Below, piece after piece: positions 36,871 to 50,318 of a DNA stretch of 64,000 nt (position 1 is the stretch's first letter; each line of letters starts with the position of its first letter). The notes beneath the pieces were generated by a model. That model had not been told where the DNA came from and searched no databases. It saw only the letters and a program-made list of their open reading frames with translations. A program made the position numbers and the translations under genes. This DNA comes from Bilabrum cf. latius (lineage: Eukaryota), in assembly GCA_965178125.1 (NCBI GenBank), contig OZ237739.1:1302001-1366000 (forward strand), written 5' to 3'.

Positions 36871-37914
36871 TCAGCCGCGTATCTTCACAGGCATCATCAT
36901 TGCCAACTACCTAGATGTCGCTAGCAGCCTCCCGCCGTCATCGAACGCGTCGCAATCCGTCCCAACCATGCCATCCGAGATCCTCTCGGAGCGGTGCCAG
37001 ACCCTCACTCTCTCCGTGCCCTTGCTGGGCCTGGCCCTGAAGTGCGTGTGCAGCTGCAATGTGGGCACCCAGGTGAACTTTGGCAGGCAGAGGAGCATGA
37101 CGGGCGGGGGCAGGCCATCCAGGATGAACGCAAGGGACTGGGCGTCGATCGGCCGGCTCCTGCCCCCCAGCTCGGGCTCCGGTTCCAGGCTGACGTGGCA
37201 GGCATACTCGGGACGACGACCGCTCGCTTCCGGTAGAACACGATTGAAATGATCCGCGCCGCTCTCCGTGAATGCCCCGGCCTGCACGTCCACCAGGGGC
37301 GGCTCCGCGGCTGATGCTGCCGCAAAGGCGGGATCCACGAGCACTCGCGTGCGGCCCGCGATAGGGAACTGCGGCACGCCCGGTTGCGGCGGGCCGTCAG
37401 TTTCTGAGAAGAAAGGATAGGCCTTGTGCAAGCCCACACAAGCTTCAGGCTGCGGAAGCTGCCGCACAATGCTCGGCACGTCGCTCAGGCTAGCAGATAC
37501 GCCCTGCATGGGCCCCTGACTGAGGTCGCCTAACGTTGCGATCATCCTCGCCACCTCGCCCTTTCTTGAAATTAGCCGCACGGATAGATTAGCCGTTGAG
37601 CGGCCCGATTTTATCGCATCAACCTCTATTGAATGCTCCTCGTCCGCCAGTGGTGGCTGCAAGAAGGTGACTGAAGTCACTAGCGGGTCCGGGTATCGGC
37701 CGTCGAATGAAGCAATTGCAGCGCGAATCATTGCTAGCTGCACAGCACCTCCGTTTGGGTACACTGTCACGTTGAATTTACTCGACACTGTAGTGTTGAA
37801 CATATTCCCGTCCTATGCAACTGCAACAAGTCGATCCAACGCAAAGTGTGGTGCTGAACTCAAGTATCTTCGAGAACTGAGACTAGAAAAGCGAGCCAGG
37901 CTTCGTTTCATCAT
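36871..37914 (-). CDS. Hotdog-fold acyl-CoA thioesterase (TesB-like) with a mitochondrial presequence, ~347 aa
   Basis: MMKRSLARFSSLSSRRYLSS presequence, YPNGG, PDPLVTSVTFLQP, KSGRST, LAFILDGLPP, WVPTLQL and GRLLATSR[TAG]LAMM. TAGs at 37813 and 36907. Ends TGA 36873-36871. Confidence 0.88.
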
Positions 37915-38056
37915 CGTGGGAATCTCGCTCGGATGCAAGTGAAACTGTTCGGCATCACGGCACATTGTTTGGCCGGACCCGCCGGAGAAAGTTCCTGCAT
38001 CATGCTGTGCCCGAAAGGTGTGTCGCCGGCTCTCCATTTGCAACAAACATTCCACC

Positions 38057-41000
38057 TCACAACAGCTCACCCGCGTCTTCCTCTGCCTGCAACAGCAAGT
38101 CCTCTGCGTGCTCCAGCGCGATCCGCGCCCAGCCGGCCAGCTGCCCCCACCTCTCCGCAGACGTGGTGAGCGATAACAGGGCGACATCACCGCCCGCGGT
38201 CCTCTCCTCTCCCCTGGACTGCTGCCGTGATACCCCACGTGCACTCGCCTCACCGGGGTACGCATTTCCGTCGTGGTCTGCCTGCAGCGAGGCAGACAGC
38301 AGCTCGGATGCAAAAGCATCCCCGGCCTGGGGCCGCGATCCGGAGAGTCGCCTCCCCCCCCTCATCGTCACTGCCGCACGGGGGCCCCGCCTAATGCCCA
38401 CCACCGCGCTGCTGCCCCCAGCCTCCGTCGCACTCGTGCCCGCGGGTCCCTTGGCGCTCCTCTTACCGCTCTGGCCAGTGTCGTGCCCCCCGCCGCTTTC
38501 ACCACCCCCACGGGAGCCTACCACCACGAAGCCGCCCGAGCCACCGCCGGGCGCCTGCACGGTCCCCAGCTACCCAGCCGACTCGAACAGCGTCTTCCAC
38601 GCCCTGGATGCCTTCGCAAACGCGGGCGGCGCTGCCACCCCGGGAACTCGGTGCCTCGCCATGGCCCCGAGTAGGGTGCCATCCACGCCCACCACGGCCG
38701 GATGCTGGATCAGGGCGTTGATGGACCTGTCCTTGGACGGCCGCAGCCGGGGATCGGGCTTGCGTTCCTCATTCGCAGCAATCTGCGCCCGGCCCGCATT
38801 GGCTAGAAGGCTGGATTTGGGCTTGCTGCGCGTGGAGAGCGCCGCCCCGGGCAGTCCCGCCCCGCCCTTGCTGTCTGCAGCCGCCTGCTCATACTGCTCG
38901 ACCTCCTGGTCCTTGGCATCGATCGCACGAAGCTCTCGGGACAGCCCGTCCTGCGCGTCAGTGGCGATTTTCAGGACCTGCCGGAGCCTGTTGACTACGA
39001 AGCGCGCATCTGCGAGGCGGAGCAGCTGCCCCGCTGCTCGCTCCACCGCTCCGATATCCAGCCCCGTCGTGCTCGAAGGCACTTCCCCCCTACCAACGGC
39101 CGCCATCGTGGCCCGTTTGTGGAACGAGGCTCTCTTCTCAAAGGGGACTTGCAGGCAGTGCCAGGCCACTCGCAGGCGGGTCACCATGGGCACTCGTACC
39201 AGCAGCTGCTCCCAGCTGCCGGTCTTGGAGACCACGGACAGCTCACGCGAGGCGCTGCGAGGGCTCTCCCTCGACGCCTTCCGAGGAGCGTCACCCTCAT
39301 CGAGCGCGAGCTGAAGCGCCGCCTCGCTGGGTAGCGGACAGGCACGCAGTCGCTCCTGCATGGCGGCCAGCTTGATGTCTCCCGAGGCGTCTTCCTCGTT
39401 GTCCTCCCCGCCGCGATTGTCCCCGAGACCCCGCTCCTGGTCCACAGCAGCCGTCCCCAAGCGGCGCACCGTGATGTCGCTGCCTTCAGAGCCCGCGCTG
39501 TGTCCGCCCCTACTTGACATCTGCCTACTTCTTGCTCGGCTTTTAGCAGCGGCTGCCGCCCGCAGGTCAGCATCAAGTGCGGTGCGGAGAGACTCGAGAG
39601 ATGTGGAGGGGCGCCCGCTGCCCTCGGCCTCGATGGTCGCTGCGGAGGCTCCATCATTCGGTCGATTGAACCCTGAGATTGACGACGTGGATGGCCTCTT
39701 CTGACCAGACGAGCGGCCCTCGCCCGCCCGAAAAGCGCCTGTGCCAGTGTCCCTGCTGCTGCCGGCACGGTCTTGTTGGCTCCTTCCCGAGGCCACCCGA
39801 GGTGCTGCTCGCGAAAACCGAGCCGTATGCCGTGGGCCACCCAGGGCGGACCGGGCCGTGTGTGAGGCAGCCAGGTAGCTCCGATGGGTTGCGCCACCTG
39901 TGACTGCAATGCCAATGGACCCTCGCGAGTTTCTTCTGGCACGGATATTGGGTATGCCCGCGGCGCTCTTGCCCCCTGCTGTGGCTGCCCTGCTGCGCCT
40001 CTACGGAGTGATTGCCCGCCTGCCAGTGGGCACAGAGAGCGAGGTCGGGATGCCTGCCTCACTGGCAGCGTCATCACTATCGCCGGGGAACAGCATGCTT
40101 CCGTCCCTGCTTGCTTCGGCATCGCTGCCATACTCATCGAGGTCTCCGCCCTCCTCCACCAGCACGCCCACTTCCTCCAGGGCAAGCCTCCACAGAGACT
40201 CTACGTTCTGCTGTGAGAGCTTCTTGGTGCACCACACGCGCGCCTCGTTCTCCTCTCGTGCACGTGCCAGCTCCATGGGAGGGAGCCGGAGGGTCTCTCG
40301 ACTCAGCCCCGTCAGGTTTGCGCCAGTGACATTCGAGCGCTTGGTTGGCCTTGTAGGGTTAGACTCGCCGTGCACGGCCGTGTACCACAGCGATGACGTG
40401 GTGCGTGCTTCGGCACGGTGATAATCTTTATCGGCTGCCTTCATCTCGAGCAGCTCGGAGCCCAGCGATGCCACGCTACCCACGGACCCTCGCCGAGTGG
40501 TCGCGGAAGCGATCCCTGCAGCCATCGAGCTCGAAGCGCCCGCTCTGCGAAATGACCCCGTGGCGTGGAGCGTGAGCTGGCTCTGGCTGGCTCGCAGCTT
40601 CCTCTTCATTCTCTCCTTGCGGGCTTTGGCCTCCTGTTCCTTGGTCTCGTACATCGATGCGGTCGCGTACAGCCGCTCCCGCTTGCGCACGCAGCGGTCC
40701 ACCGCCTCCTGGCACTGGGACTCGACGTGGCCCAGCAGAGTGGCCGCTGCTCGGGCCAGGGTTTGGAGCGGAATCTTGGGCATCACCGAGTTACGTAGCC
40801 ACGGAGAAAACTGAAACGATTCCGTGTGTGTAGCTAGCTGCGGCGCCAGACCGAGCGCAGCTTCCGCGGGCGAGATTCGCTTCAGCCTCACCGACGCGCT
40901 GATGGCCCTGCGGCTGAGGCTGATCCTGCACAGGTGCCCCCGCACCATCACCACGTCCGTGTATCCTTCCTGGGAATAAATGGGCTCCGCGGACGGCTGG

Positions 41001-44000
41001 GACGTGAGCCCTTCCGCTAGCACCGCGGCCGCCTCTGCCGACTCACCGGCTGCCAGGGCAGCCGCCCGTGCCGCCTCCACTGCTGCAGCGCTGGCATTAC
41101 GCATGCCCAAGCTCCCGCTACTTCCAGCGCCTATACCGCCGCTGATGTGCCCGCACTCTCGCAGCTGCTGCTCGAACTCACGAATGGTTGCGTCAAGCTC
41201 ACTAACGGCGCCACTAGACGTAGCGACGTGCTGGCGATAAAATCGGGGCGCGCTGCCCGCTCCACTGGACGCCAGCAGAGCGTCATCAGCATCAAGTTCG
41301 GCCTGTTCGGCCTGCTTCTTGTCCACAGACCCCTTGCCACCACGGGCTGAGCGGGACATATTTTGCGAAGCTGACTTGGCGCCGGGCTCCACCTCAATTC
41401 GAATGACCGGAAGGTGCTCCACGTTCTGACGGTGCCTGATTGCCTGCACAGCGTTGCGTGCAGCCTGTTCCGGCGACGCAGCGCCTCGGCGGAAGGCAGC
41501 AACTGCTGCGGTTGCCGCAACGACGATGGAAGACCTCCGCTCATCAGAGCGCGGCTCTTCCTGCTGCTTTGATGGAGCATTGGCACCTTGATCACCGTTA
41601 CCAGTCGGGTCACGCCCTGAAGCGGATATTGCCTCAAGCAGCGCGGCCTTTCGCGCCTACGTCTTTGCTCCTACGGCTGCCGCCAAGCCAGAGATGCTGC
41701 CCGATTTCCGCCTGCCCCTCGGGGCTGCGCCGAGAGCGGTGCCAGCATCGCCCGGTTGCGAGGCATCGCCGTCCACTTCCTGATCTAGATCAGCTCCTTC
41801 GTCGTCACCATCCGAGAGAATTTCTTCTGCAGCTGATCCGCTCGAGTGGACACCCTTCCGCAGTATCTCGGTAACAATCACCGCCATGACCCGCGCCCTG
41901 AAATGCTTGGCAGCCTTGAGTCTCCTCTCCTCCTTGCTCGGACTCTAGGGTCCTTTGCCAGAAGACTTCGCGCTCGTGCCCTGGCGGTTGCTCTGCATCT
42001 GCTCGCTGGAGGCAGTGGCCCGCCAGGTTTTGCCCTGCCTCTTGGCCGCTGCCTCGCGCATGCGCATGAGAGACTTCTCGCTGCTGCCGTGCATCTCTCT
42101 CTCCCGCTGCCGCCTGATCCTCCTAGACTCATTCTTTGCCTGCCTGACCGACTCTTCCAGCATCTTGACGCGGCGCTGCCCGCTGCTTTCCTTCTCCTGC
42201 TGCAGCTCCTCTAGCGTGGCCACGCCCGCAGACACCTTGAGCACATCCTCCTGCGACATGGGAGTGGCACCAGACTGGATGCGTTGCAGGCGCACGTACC
42301 GGTTCTGCTCTGCCTGATGCACGTGCGCGGCGTCAGAGGTCAGCGCTAGCCGCATGCGCCCGAAGAGGCTGTCGCTCTTTAGCATCTCTAGGTTTCTCTG
42401 CCGGGCCACTTGAGCGTCGTGCTCGCGGGTGAGCTTGTCCGCGGCGGCGCGTGGACCCGTGGGGTCGGACACTGTCGTCACGGTTCTGCCATCGTCGCTG
42501 CCGATGGCCGTCCTAGAGGTGGGCAAACTGGACACGATGGGAAGCGCACCACTGCGATCGGCCGCAGAGCTCTCGCCGCCAGGTCCCGCCAGGCCCTCTA
42601 TGCCGATGTGCAGCTGCTCAGCGGCATCTTCGGGGTCGTTGCCTGTGATGAGACCAAGCACCGCCGTCCACAGAGCCTCTTCCCTCTTCTCCTCCTCGCT
42701 TTCCAGCTTGGGATCCATCCCGGGGATGAGACCTGTCGTCAGGTCCGGTGCCCGAGCCAGCTCCTGATTGCTGAAGAACTCCCTCGTCTCGTGCCTCAGC
42801 TTCTTGGCGGCACGCTTCACCGCCCGGCGGATCTCCTCCTCCTCCGCGGCTCTGGCTCCTCGTGCCAGCCGCAGCACCTCCCGCAGCTTCTTCGTGTCGA
42901 AACGGCCATGCCTCGCAAAGAATGCAGCAGGCAAGCCGCCCCCCCGGGCTATCTGCTTCCCTGCGAGTGCCTGAATGGGCACCTTTCTAAGGTCCATGGC
43001 CCGCCGCTGCACCGAGCCGCCCCCGCCCCCGGAGCCACCCCCTCCGGCATCGCCTCCACCGCCGCCGTCTTCGTGCGCAGACGCAGCCGCAGCACCCAGG
43101 AGCCTATCGGCCTCGATTCGGCTCAGCAGCTGCAGCTGGGCCGTCGTGATGCTCCGCTACATCCTGCGCCGCCCGGGGTGCGGCCGAACGTCCCAACCGA
43201 AAATGCTTTGCAGAGGCACGCTATGCGAGCGCACTTCTTCCGTGGCTTTTCGCAGTGCTGCGCTCCCTGCGCCCGGAGCAAGCTTCCAGTCGGGCTCGCG
43301 CAGCACGCTGTAGTCCACGATCTGGCGCGGCTTGCTGCTGCCACCTGGCCTATCCTGCTATGAATCTTTCGTTGTCGATCGCCGCATGCTACCTGCGGCT
43401 CGCAGCTCCTCCTCGTCCTCGTCGCTGCTGGAAGACGGCAAGCCCACGTCGAGGCCGAGCAGGTAGGCAGGTCGCTTGCCCAGCTGTGCCCCTCCCACGG
43501 CACCAAGAGAGCCGGATTGTCCTGCCGCACGAACACTTCCGTCCTCTTTGGCACCTCTACTAGCCATTGTGGCCGCCCCCGACTTTGACCAGCCTCTCTC
43601 CTCGATTCTGCTACGGACCTTGGATCTTTGCTGCTCCTGTCTCCTCGTCCTCGCGATGATACGCTCCTCTTCCTCCGAGCTGCTTCCCCTGGAGGCGTCG
43701 CTCATGTATCCTGCCCCGCGAGGATCGGTGATCTCGTCTGCCCCGCCCACCGGCACCAACCCGTCCCGCTCTCCCTGCCCCACTCCTCCCCCACTTCCTC
43801 CTCCTCCCCGCCGCCGCCCCGAATCCATCGCCTAACTCCCTCGCGATCGACCGGAGGCTAGCCGGCCATCGTCCTGGGCGCCGATTCCACTATCACCCCC
43901 ATTGTTGTCTGCATCGTCGACGATCCCGCCGCTGAGGATGGCTGCCGCATGTCGGCTGGTCGGTCGGCCCGCCGCACCGTACGACGCGTGTCGCAGCGAA

Positions 44001-45841
44001 AACGCCTGCAGCGACTTGCGACCAACGATGCCGCCCTTCTCGGCTGCCCCAGCCAGCGCCTTGAGTCGCCATCTAGCCCTAGGCCCTGGGTCTGCCTTGG
44101 TAGGCTGACTATCCTTGGCTCGCGTGCTGGCTTGGCTACCCGGAGGCGCTGCCTGCCCGCCTTCTGAACGCTTTCGCCCTGCCCTGCCCCGCGATGGCTT
44201 CGTTTGTGACTTTGTTGCCCTGCCCTTCGCCTGGTTTGCTTCAGTGCTCCCATCAGCAACCCCTCCACCTCTTTCACCTTCGCCCTCGTCGCCTCTATCG
44301 CCTCCATCCTGCTGCATGTCAAGTGCAGCGATGGCCGCCATAGAGGCGCGCCGCCTGCGCCCAACACTCCCTCCCATGCCGCTAACGCTGCTGCCCATTG
44401 CACCCGTCGCGATGGACAGGTGCGGTACTCTTGCATTGGCCCGGGCCTGCGGGGTCCTCGTTGCACCTGCATCCCCTGCACCCCTTGCATTCCTATCCAG
44501 TCCATTCCCAGCCTCCTCCTCCACCTCCACCGCCTCATCATCCTGCTCCTGCACTGGATCCAGTGTGCTGCCGTCTCCAGCAGAAAGCCCACGTCTCATC
44601 AGGTCCATCTAGCTCCACGCGGCCTGCTATCTCTCCGACACGGCAGAGACAGGAGCCCCAGAGTCCCTGAACACGTCCTCTGCCAGCAGCAGCTCGCGCA
44701 CATGCACCGAGATGCCGTCCTGGTCCTGGTCCCTGTCCCTGTCCCCGTCCTTGCCAGCCCGTGTCCCATCGCCACCAACACCCCCATTCGCACCCCTACC
44801 CCTGTTCCCTGCCTTGTTTCTCGCCAGTTTCTTGGCCTCCCTGGCCCTCCACCTGGTCGCAACCTCCTTCGTGCGCGGGCGGGCGAACGGTTCCATGGCG
44901 CGGTCGAGGCCTCGCTGGGTCACCGTGCGGCCTTCCCTCCTGGCCTCACGGGCCTCTGCGAGTCGTGCCAGGCGTCTGTTGCGCCGGTGCACTGACACAG
45001 CACCCCCACCGCCCTGGGTATCCAAGAGACCGAGCGGGTAGGTTGGCACTGTGAAGTTGCTGAGGGGGGCGCTGAGGTCGTTTGCCGAGGCATGCAGGGG
45101 GGCACCGGGGAGCGGCCTGCTCCTTGAGATGCGAGCGGACGGTACGTCCAGCATCCTGTGGATGGCATCCAGCTGCTCCTCCGTCAGCGTGGCGGAGGCA
45201 GCTGCCTGCTGCTCCGGCCCGGGGTCGCCTCCTCGCTCCGCCGCTCTGGCCGCGCCTCTGCCAGACTTGGATCCGCGGTGCCTGCCTAGGCTAGCCTCCA
45301 GCGTTCGGCCTTCCCCATTCCCGCTAGCAACCGCGGTCACTGCTCGGATTCGATCCTTCGCAGCTGCTCTCATCCTGCTGTTCTGGTCCATGTCTCGCTG
45401 GGTGATCTCAATGTCCTCGCCGCGACGCTTTTCCACGAGAAACCCAACCACCTGCTTGGCTGCTCCGGATGGCGCCGGGGACAGTACCATGGGCTCAATA
45501 GAGTGAAATGGCCTGCCACGAACGTACTTGTGGTACTCTGCGTTTGCTTCGAGCCTGGCTTGGACGCCGTGTGGCAAAAAGAACCGCTCCTCTGGAAGCA
45601 TAAGGGCTCTTCGTTCCAGCTACGCAGCCTTGTCTGCGATATAAAGGCGTAAATACAGAGTGCAAACTTGTGCATGGGTGAGTTATTGCCAATTGCGAAC
45701 GCTGCAAGAAATGGTTGAAGCCTGACCATATTCGCCGAGGCCCAGCATCTCGCGCAACAGCGTATCACCGGCACCACTCTCGTCATGGCCCCGTAAAAGT
45801 TCTTTAAGCTTTGACTTTGTTGTTTGGGGGCTATTGGCCAT
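38057..45841 (-). CDS. Large low-complexity/coiled-coil protein of unknown function, ~2560 aa; probable exon 1 at 45841-45727, intron 45726-45634
   Basis: One frame from 45633 to 38057 broken only by TAGs (45620, 44627, 44609, 43832, 43358, ~43157, 41945, 41657, 40001, 38570), ending TGA. The 5' exon is tentative (weak GTCAGG donor); ATG 45601 is an alternative start. Confidence 0.7.
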
Positions 45842-46051
45842 AAGGCGTTTGCAGATTTGCTTGCCAATGTCGCAGGTCCGTTGGTGGACGTTTTAATTCC
45901 GGATGCTCAATTGATCCGATCTCATCCAGGGATAGGCCCTACGAGGAATAGCCGTTGCGAGTGTACCGTGCAGTCCGCAATGCGTATGAACCAAATCATT
46001 CTCATGCCCGTCTTTCGTTGTGCTGGCAGGCACAATCCGAGCACGGAGGAA

Positions 46052-46096
46052 CCAGCCGGGGGCTGCACGTGGCCAGCCGGGGGCTGCACGTTGGCC
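46052..46096 (+). repeat. Two-copy 21-bp tandem repeat CCAGCCGGGGGCTGCACGT(T)GG
   Basis: Copies start at 46052 and 46073 in apparent intergenic DNA. Confidence 0.8.
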
Positions 46097-46774
46097 GGTC
46101 GGTGTCCAGTAAGGCGGATAGAGACGTGATCGGCTGCAAGTGTTGGAGTGTCTGTTCACGCAAAACTGTACGATTTGTGGGTAATTGGTACTCCGCTGCA
46201 CCGAGCTTGGTTGTTCTATGAGGGCTCGCCTGCTCTTGCTGTGATCACACTTTTCTAATCTATCGGCGTCCAGGCTGGCATCGTTGCTGGGGATTGAGCC
46301 ACGTATTGGTACAAATCCGCTAGGAAAGTATCGTAGGGTGCACGAATGTACTTCTTGGAAGTCGCGAAGCACGGATCAAACATTGCGACCAGCTTGGATC
46401 AGTGATGCCGAATCCGTCTGTCGCCGGCGAGGTGACGAGTTCCGGTTCGCAAAGGCAGGATTCTACAGGGCTTTCCGGCATATTTCCGTGCAAGATGGGT
46501 GCATGTTGCTCTAATGATCCTACTGGGAATACTCAAAATTAGTCTGTGCCAGTATCTGACGCTGTCAACAGTGAGTGACGGGCCCATATCGCCGTATTTA
46601 AACGCCGAAAGCGACTAGCCCTTGCCTCGAAAGCTAAGCCTAGTGGGCCCAAAGGTCTGCCCATGAACTAGAATACCGCCTTTATAATACCAGAAGTGTC
46701 TTTTCTATCATATAACTTGATACGCGCAGGTGTTCGCGCCCGAACACGTGCCAGTGTGGTGAGGAGGATGGAGC

Positions 46775-48190
46775 ATGCAAGCATCCATCATGCTGGCATC
46801 GGCAGCTAAAACTGCGATGAGCCGACCAAGCCAGAGCCCCAGGTTTGCAATTGATTCGCCTCGAATGCACGAGAACGGCGATTGTCAATATTTCATTCGC
46901 TTTCAAACGCAGGTCTATCCCGAATCTAGCTCCCAAGAGCCATTGCAGGGTTGCATAAAGACGAGCCACTGCTAGCGGCGACATTCAAAGAGGAGGAACG
47001 ATCAAGCCGCCTGGAACAAACTGCATAGTATAAAGCAACGCTATGCATCGCTTGCTTTGCGCCTTCCGGAGTTCGACCGGCTAACCGGAGGAGCGGCAAC
47101 TGATATTACAGCGGGTGCATCCCGAACGGGCCGGAGCAGAACACATGGATCGTTACTAGTTGGAGCTAGCAAAGTCAAAACAGTAGCAATAAATGATGAA
47201 ATATCTGGAGCTGCTTGCCGAACCACGTCTTGCTCTGCCCTCGGAGGGCACGGCCAGGGAGACTCAATGCGACCAGGAGCTGCTGTTCAGTCAGCGGCGA
47301 GCTGCCATTCCCTTCGAAACGAAGCGATCACGAGCGCTACAGCGCTCTCTAGATGGCAGGTACAATTGCAAGGCACCCCTTCTTGTGAAGACCTGCTAGA
47401 CCTCTCCGACTCCGGTCCCACTGACGACATCGGACAGCAGCTGGAGTCGCCAATGCCCGCGGGGTCACCCGCCGCCGGCAAGAGGGCGAGCAACTTCAAG
47501 CTGGCAGGCGACACTGCCCATCTCCGCCGGATGAAGTCTGTCCCAAATCTGCATGCTGCTGGTCTGGGCCATGGACCCATGCCCGTGCCCATGGTCACCA
47601 ATGGCGGTGGTGGCAGGACTGGCGCTGTCTCCAAGGACCTCCAGGCCAGAGTTGATCGGCACCTCAGGGGTGACGACTCAGACAAGGGGGCAGACAGCAG
47701 CGGCAGCTATCGCCGTGGATCGCACGGGTTCTCCTCCCACGGTTCCTCCGTGTGGCTCCCTGCAGCTGGCAGCGGTTCCTCGCACGTGCCCCTGCCGGGA
47801 GGCGAGCATGGAGCAGGTGCTTCGGGGGGCGAGCATGGTGGCGGCGAATAGCCAGACATGGCAGACTTTCCGAACTTTGGTTCCATAGAGGCGCCGGCCA
47901 ATGCACGCTGCAGGTGGCTGGAACAACACCAAAGGCGGGGCAGCAGCCTAGACTCCGTGGGGCAGCTGGCCGTGCTGGGCGCACCGGGGCCATCGGGGAA
48001 CAGCGAGACGGGAGACAGCATTGGCCCTGCCCCATGCAGCGGGAGCATGGAGAGCTTGCGAAGGGAGGTGGAAAGGATGCATGATCTCTACGGAAGCAGG
48101 AGCAGCAGCAGGAGCAGGAGCAGGAGCAGGAGCAGCAGCAGCAGCAGGAGCAGGAGCAGGAGCCAGGGGGCGGGGAAGGTGTAGCCGTGA
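46775..48190 (+). CDS. Hypothetical disordered protein with an SR-rich tail, up to 471 aa; start uncertain
   Basis: ORFs 46775-46975, 47057-47851 and 47858-48184 are one frame joined by TAGs, ending TGA 48188. Contains basic kinase-site-like motifs RRMKSVP and RRGS. Confidence 0.5.
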
Positions 48191-48364
48191 GCGGGCTGCC
48201 TGACAGCCTGCCCGCGAGCTGTTTCTTGGGCACCAATGCAGGTCTCTAGAATGACCTGCGTGTAGCGACTAGTTTCTGTGCAACCATTACAATCTGCAGT
48301 CATTCACTGAGAATGAGAAACAGTCCCTGGATCGGCGAGCTTTCATCGCCGAGCTTGGGGGGCT

Positions 48365-50318
48365 TCAACGCCTGCCGCCTCGTTTGCCCCTCCTCCTCTC
48401 TCTGATGTCGAGCGTCCTGATTTCATCCGCTCTCATTTCTGCCTCCATACGCCGCTCCCAGCCCGGCGAGATGGGGTTGTCCTCGAGCCACTGCAGCATC
48501 TTCGCTTCGCTCTCCTTCTCCAAGGCGGCCTTCTTGCTCCTCTTCATGCGGCCGAACCGCTTTCGGGTCTTGGCACCGTTCTTACTGCTGGCAGCGCCTT
48601 GCAAACCTTTCGTTTTCTTGGACCCGAGACCAGCATCCCCGAGGGCCGCCTCGTCTTGCGCGGCGCCCTCTTCTGGTTCCGCAAGCAGCACGTCAGCCAG
48701 CGTGGCACCCTCCCTGGCCGCCTCCAGAACGGCCTCCCTGCTGGCATCGTGACCCGCGCCATCGTGACCCGCGGCCCAGGGCGAGGCCGCCTGCACCAGG
48801 TCTTCCACAGACCCCCCTGCCCCTGCCGCATCCCCGGGCATGAGCGCACCCGTCGCCAGAGCCTGCGCGTTCCGCTCCATCTGCGCGTCTGCATCCTCCA
48901 CCTCGACCCTCTCTGGCAAGTCCCTGTCCCAGATCCCCTCCACGTTCAGGGAGGCGCGTGCATCCGCCTCGAAGACGTTGACCACCATGTTGCCGCAATC
49001 TACCGCCATCCAGTCGTCCCCGCTCCGGTTCTCTACCTCCCACCGACCCACAGAGTCCCACTCGCGCAGCTTGCGGCGCCGCAGTGCCCTGCACACCATG
49101 TCTGCCAGCCTCCTCATGTGGCTTGTCGTTCTCCCAGTCACGAAGATCAGGTGCTCAGCCAGTGACGTCTTTCGGCTCACGTCCAGCACACGCACGTCCA
49201 CGCCCCCTTCCTCTCTGAGTGCCCTTGCCACCTCGTCTGGGGCGAGCGGCTGGCCCTCCCGCACGGGGATGGGGTCTGCCGCCCTCTCGTGGGGTCGTTG
49301 CTGGGTGGGAGGCACCCAGGAGAATTCTCCCGGCGTGTGGGGGGCGTCCTCTGGTGCATATATGGGGGCTTCCGATTGAATGGAGGAAGAGGAGAGGGGG
49401 GGAGACTCCCCTGGGTGGCTCAACGAAACACCGTCTGACGCATCAATCGATGCAGTAGCATCTACCGATGGAAACTCCGATGGAACGGCATGGGAAGACT
49501 GGCTTGCCCTCGCTGTCGATGACTCAGCAGAGGGGGGGTAAGGCCCAGGCGCTGTCGCTAGGGAGGGGGCCTACGTGGGAGGCACCGTCCCCGCCTACTG
49601 GGGGAAATTCAAAGGGGGCGCAAACGAAGAGGCAAGCGATTCTGCCTATGCTGATCCACCTTCGCTGCTAGCGACCTCTTCGCTCCCCCACATGGCCACG
49701 TCGTCCCGCCCGGAGACTGCTTCGGAGGCGTACATGCGAACCAGGGCGTCGTAGGCGCGAGCCGCGGCTTCCGGCGTGTCGTACTCGCCACCGGAAACTT
49801 CTGTGCCGCGATGGGGTAATTCCAAGACTGCTTCGAACATTCTAGAGTCCCTGTCGAAAATGACACCGTGAAATCCACGGTACGGCTTGCGAGGGTGCTT
49901 GGGCTTGCCCGATTGCCCTGCCTCCTTGAGTTGCTCCTAGGCTGCAGACACCACCTTCTCGGCTTCGGCTTCGGAATTATACACACCTGCAAAGTTGAAT
50001 ATATGCTCATGCTTGTACAACATGTTGAATGAGCGAAGCACAGAATCAGAGTACCGCCAACGGAGTGCACTGTTTGCTGGGCAGCCACAACTTACCCAGC
50101 AAAAACTCGTTGCCATCCGGCGTAGTCACGACGGCTTTAAACTATTTGCTCTTCTCGACTGGCTTAACGCTTGCTTTAGCCAGAGCTGCGAGCCCACGGA
50201 TGTTCCCGAGATTCCACACCAGGGTGCCTCGCCCATAATTTCCGCACAGCACACCGCGCAGTTGCAAAGTTCGGCAGTATAATGGCTAAAGACATCGACT
50301 ACCTCGCACGAAAGCCAT
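48365..50318 (-). CDS. Fusion of a presequence, two AP2-like domains and an RsfS/Iojap (MALSU1-like) domain, ~614 aa; intron 50095-49987
   Basis: RsfS: VRVLDVSRKTSLAEHLIFVTGRTTSHMRRLAD..DDWMAVDCGNMVVNVFEADARASLNVEGIW. AP2-like: YRGFHGVIFDRDSRMFEAVL..GEYDTPEAAARAYDAL..LNFP. Continuous through about 6 TAGs. Ends TGA. Confidence 0.8.
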
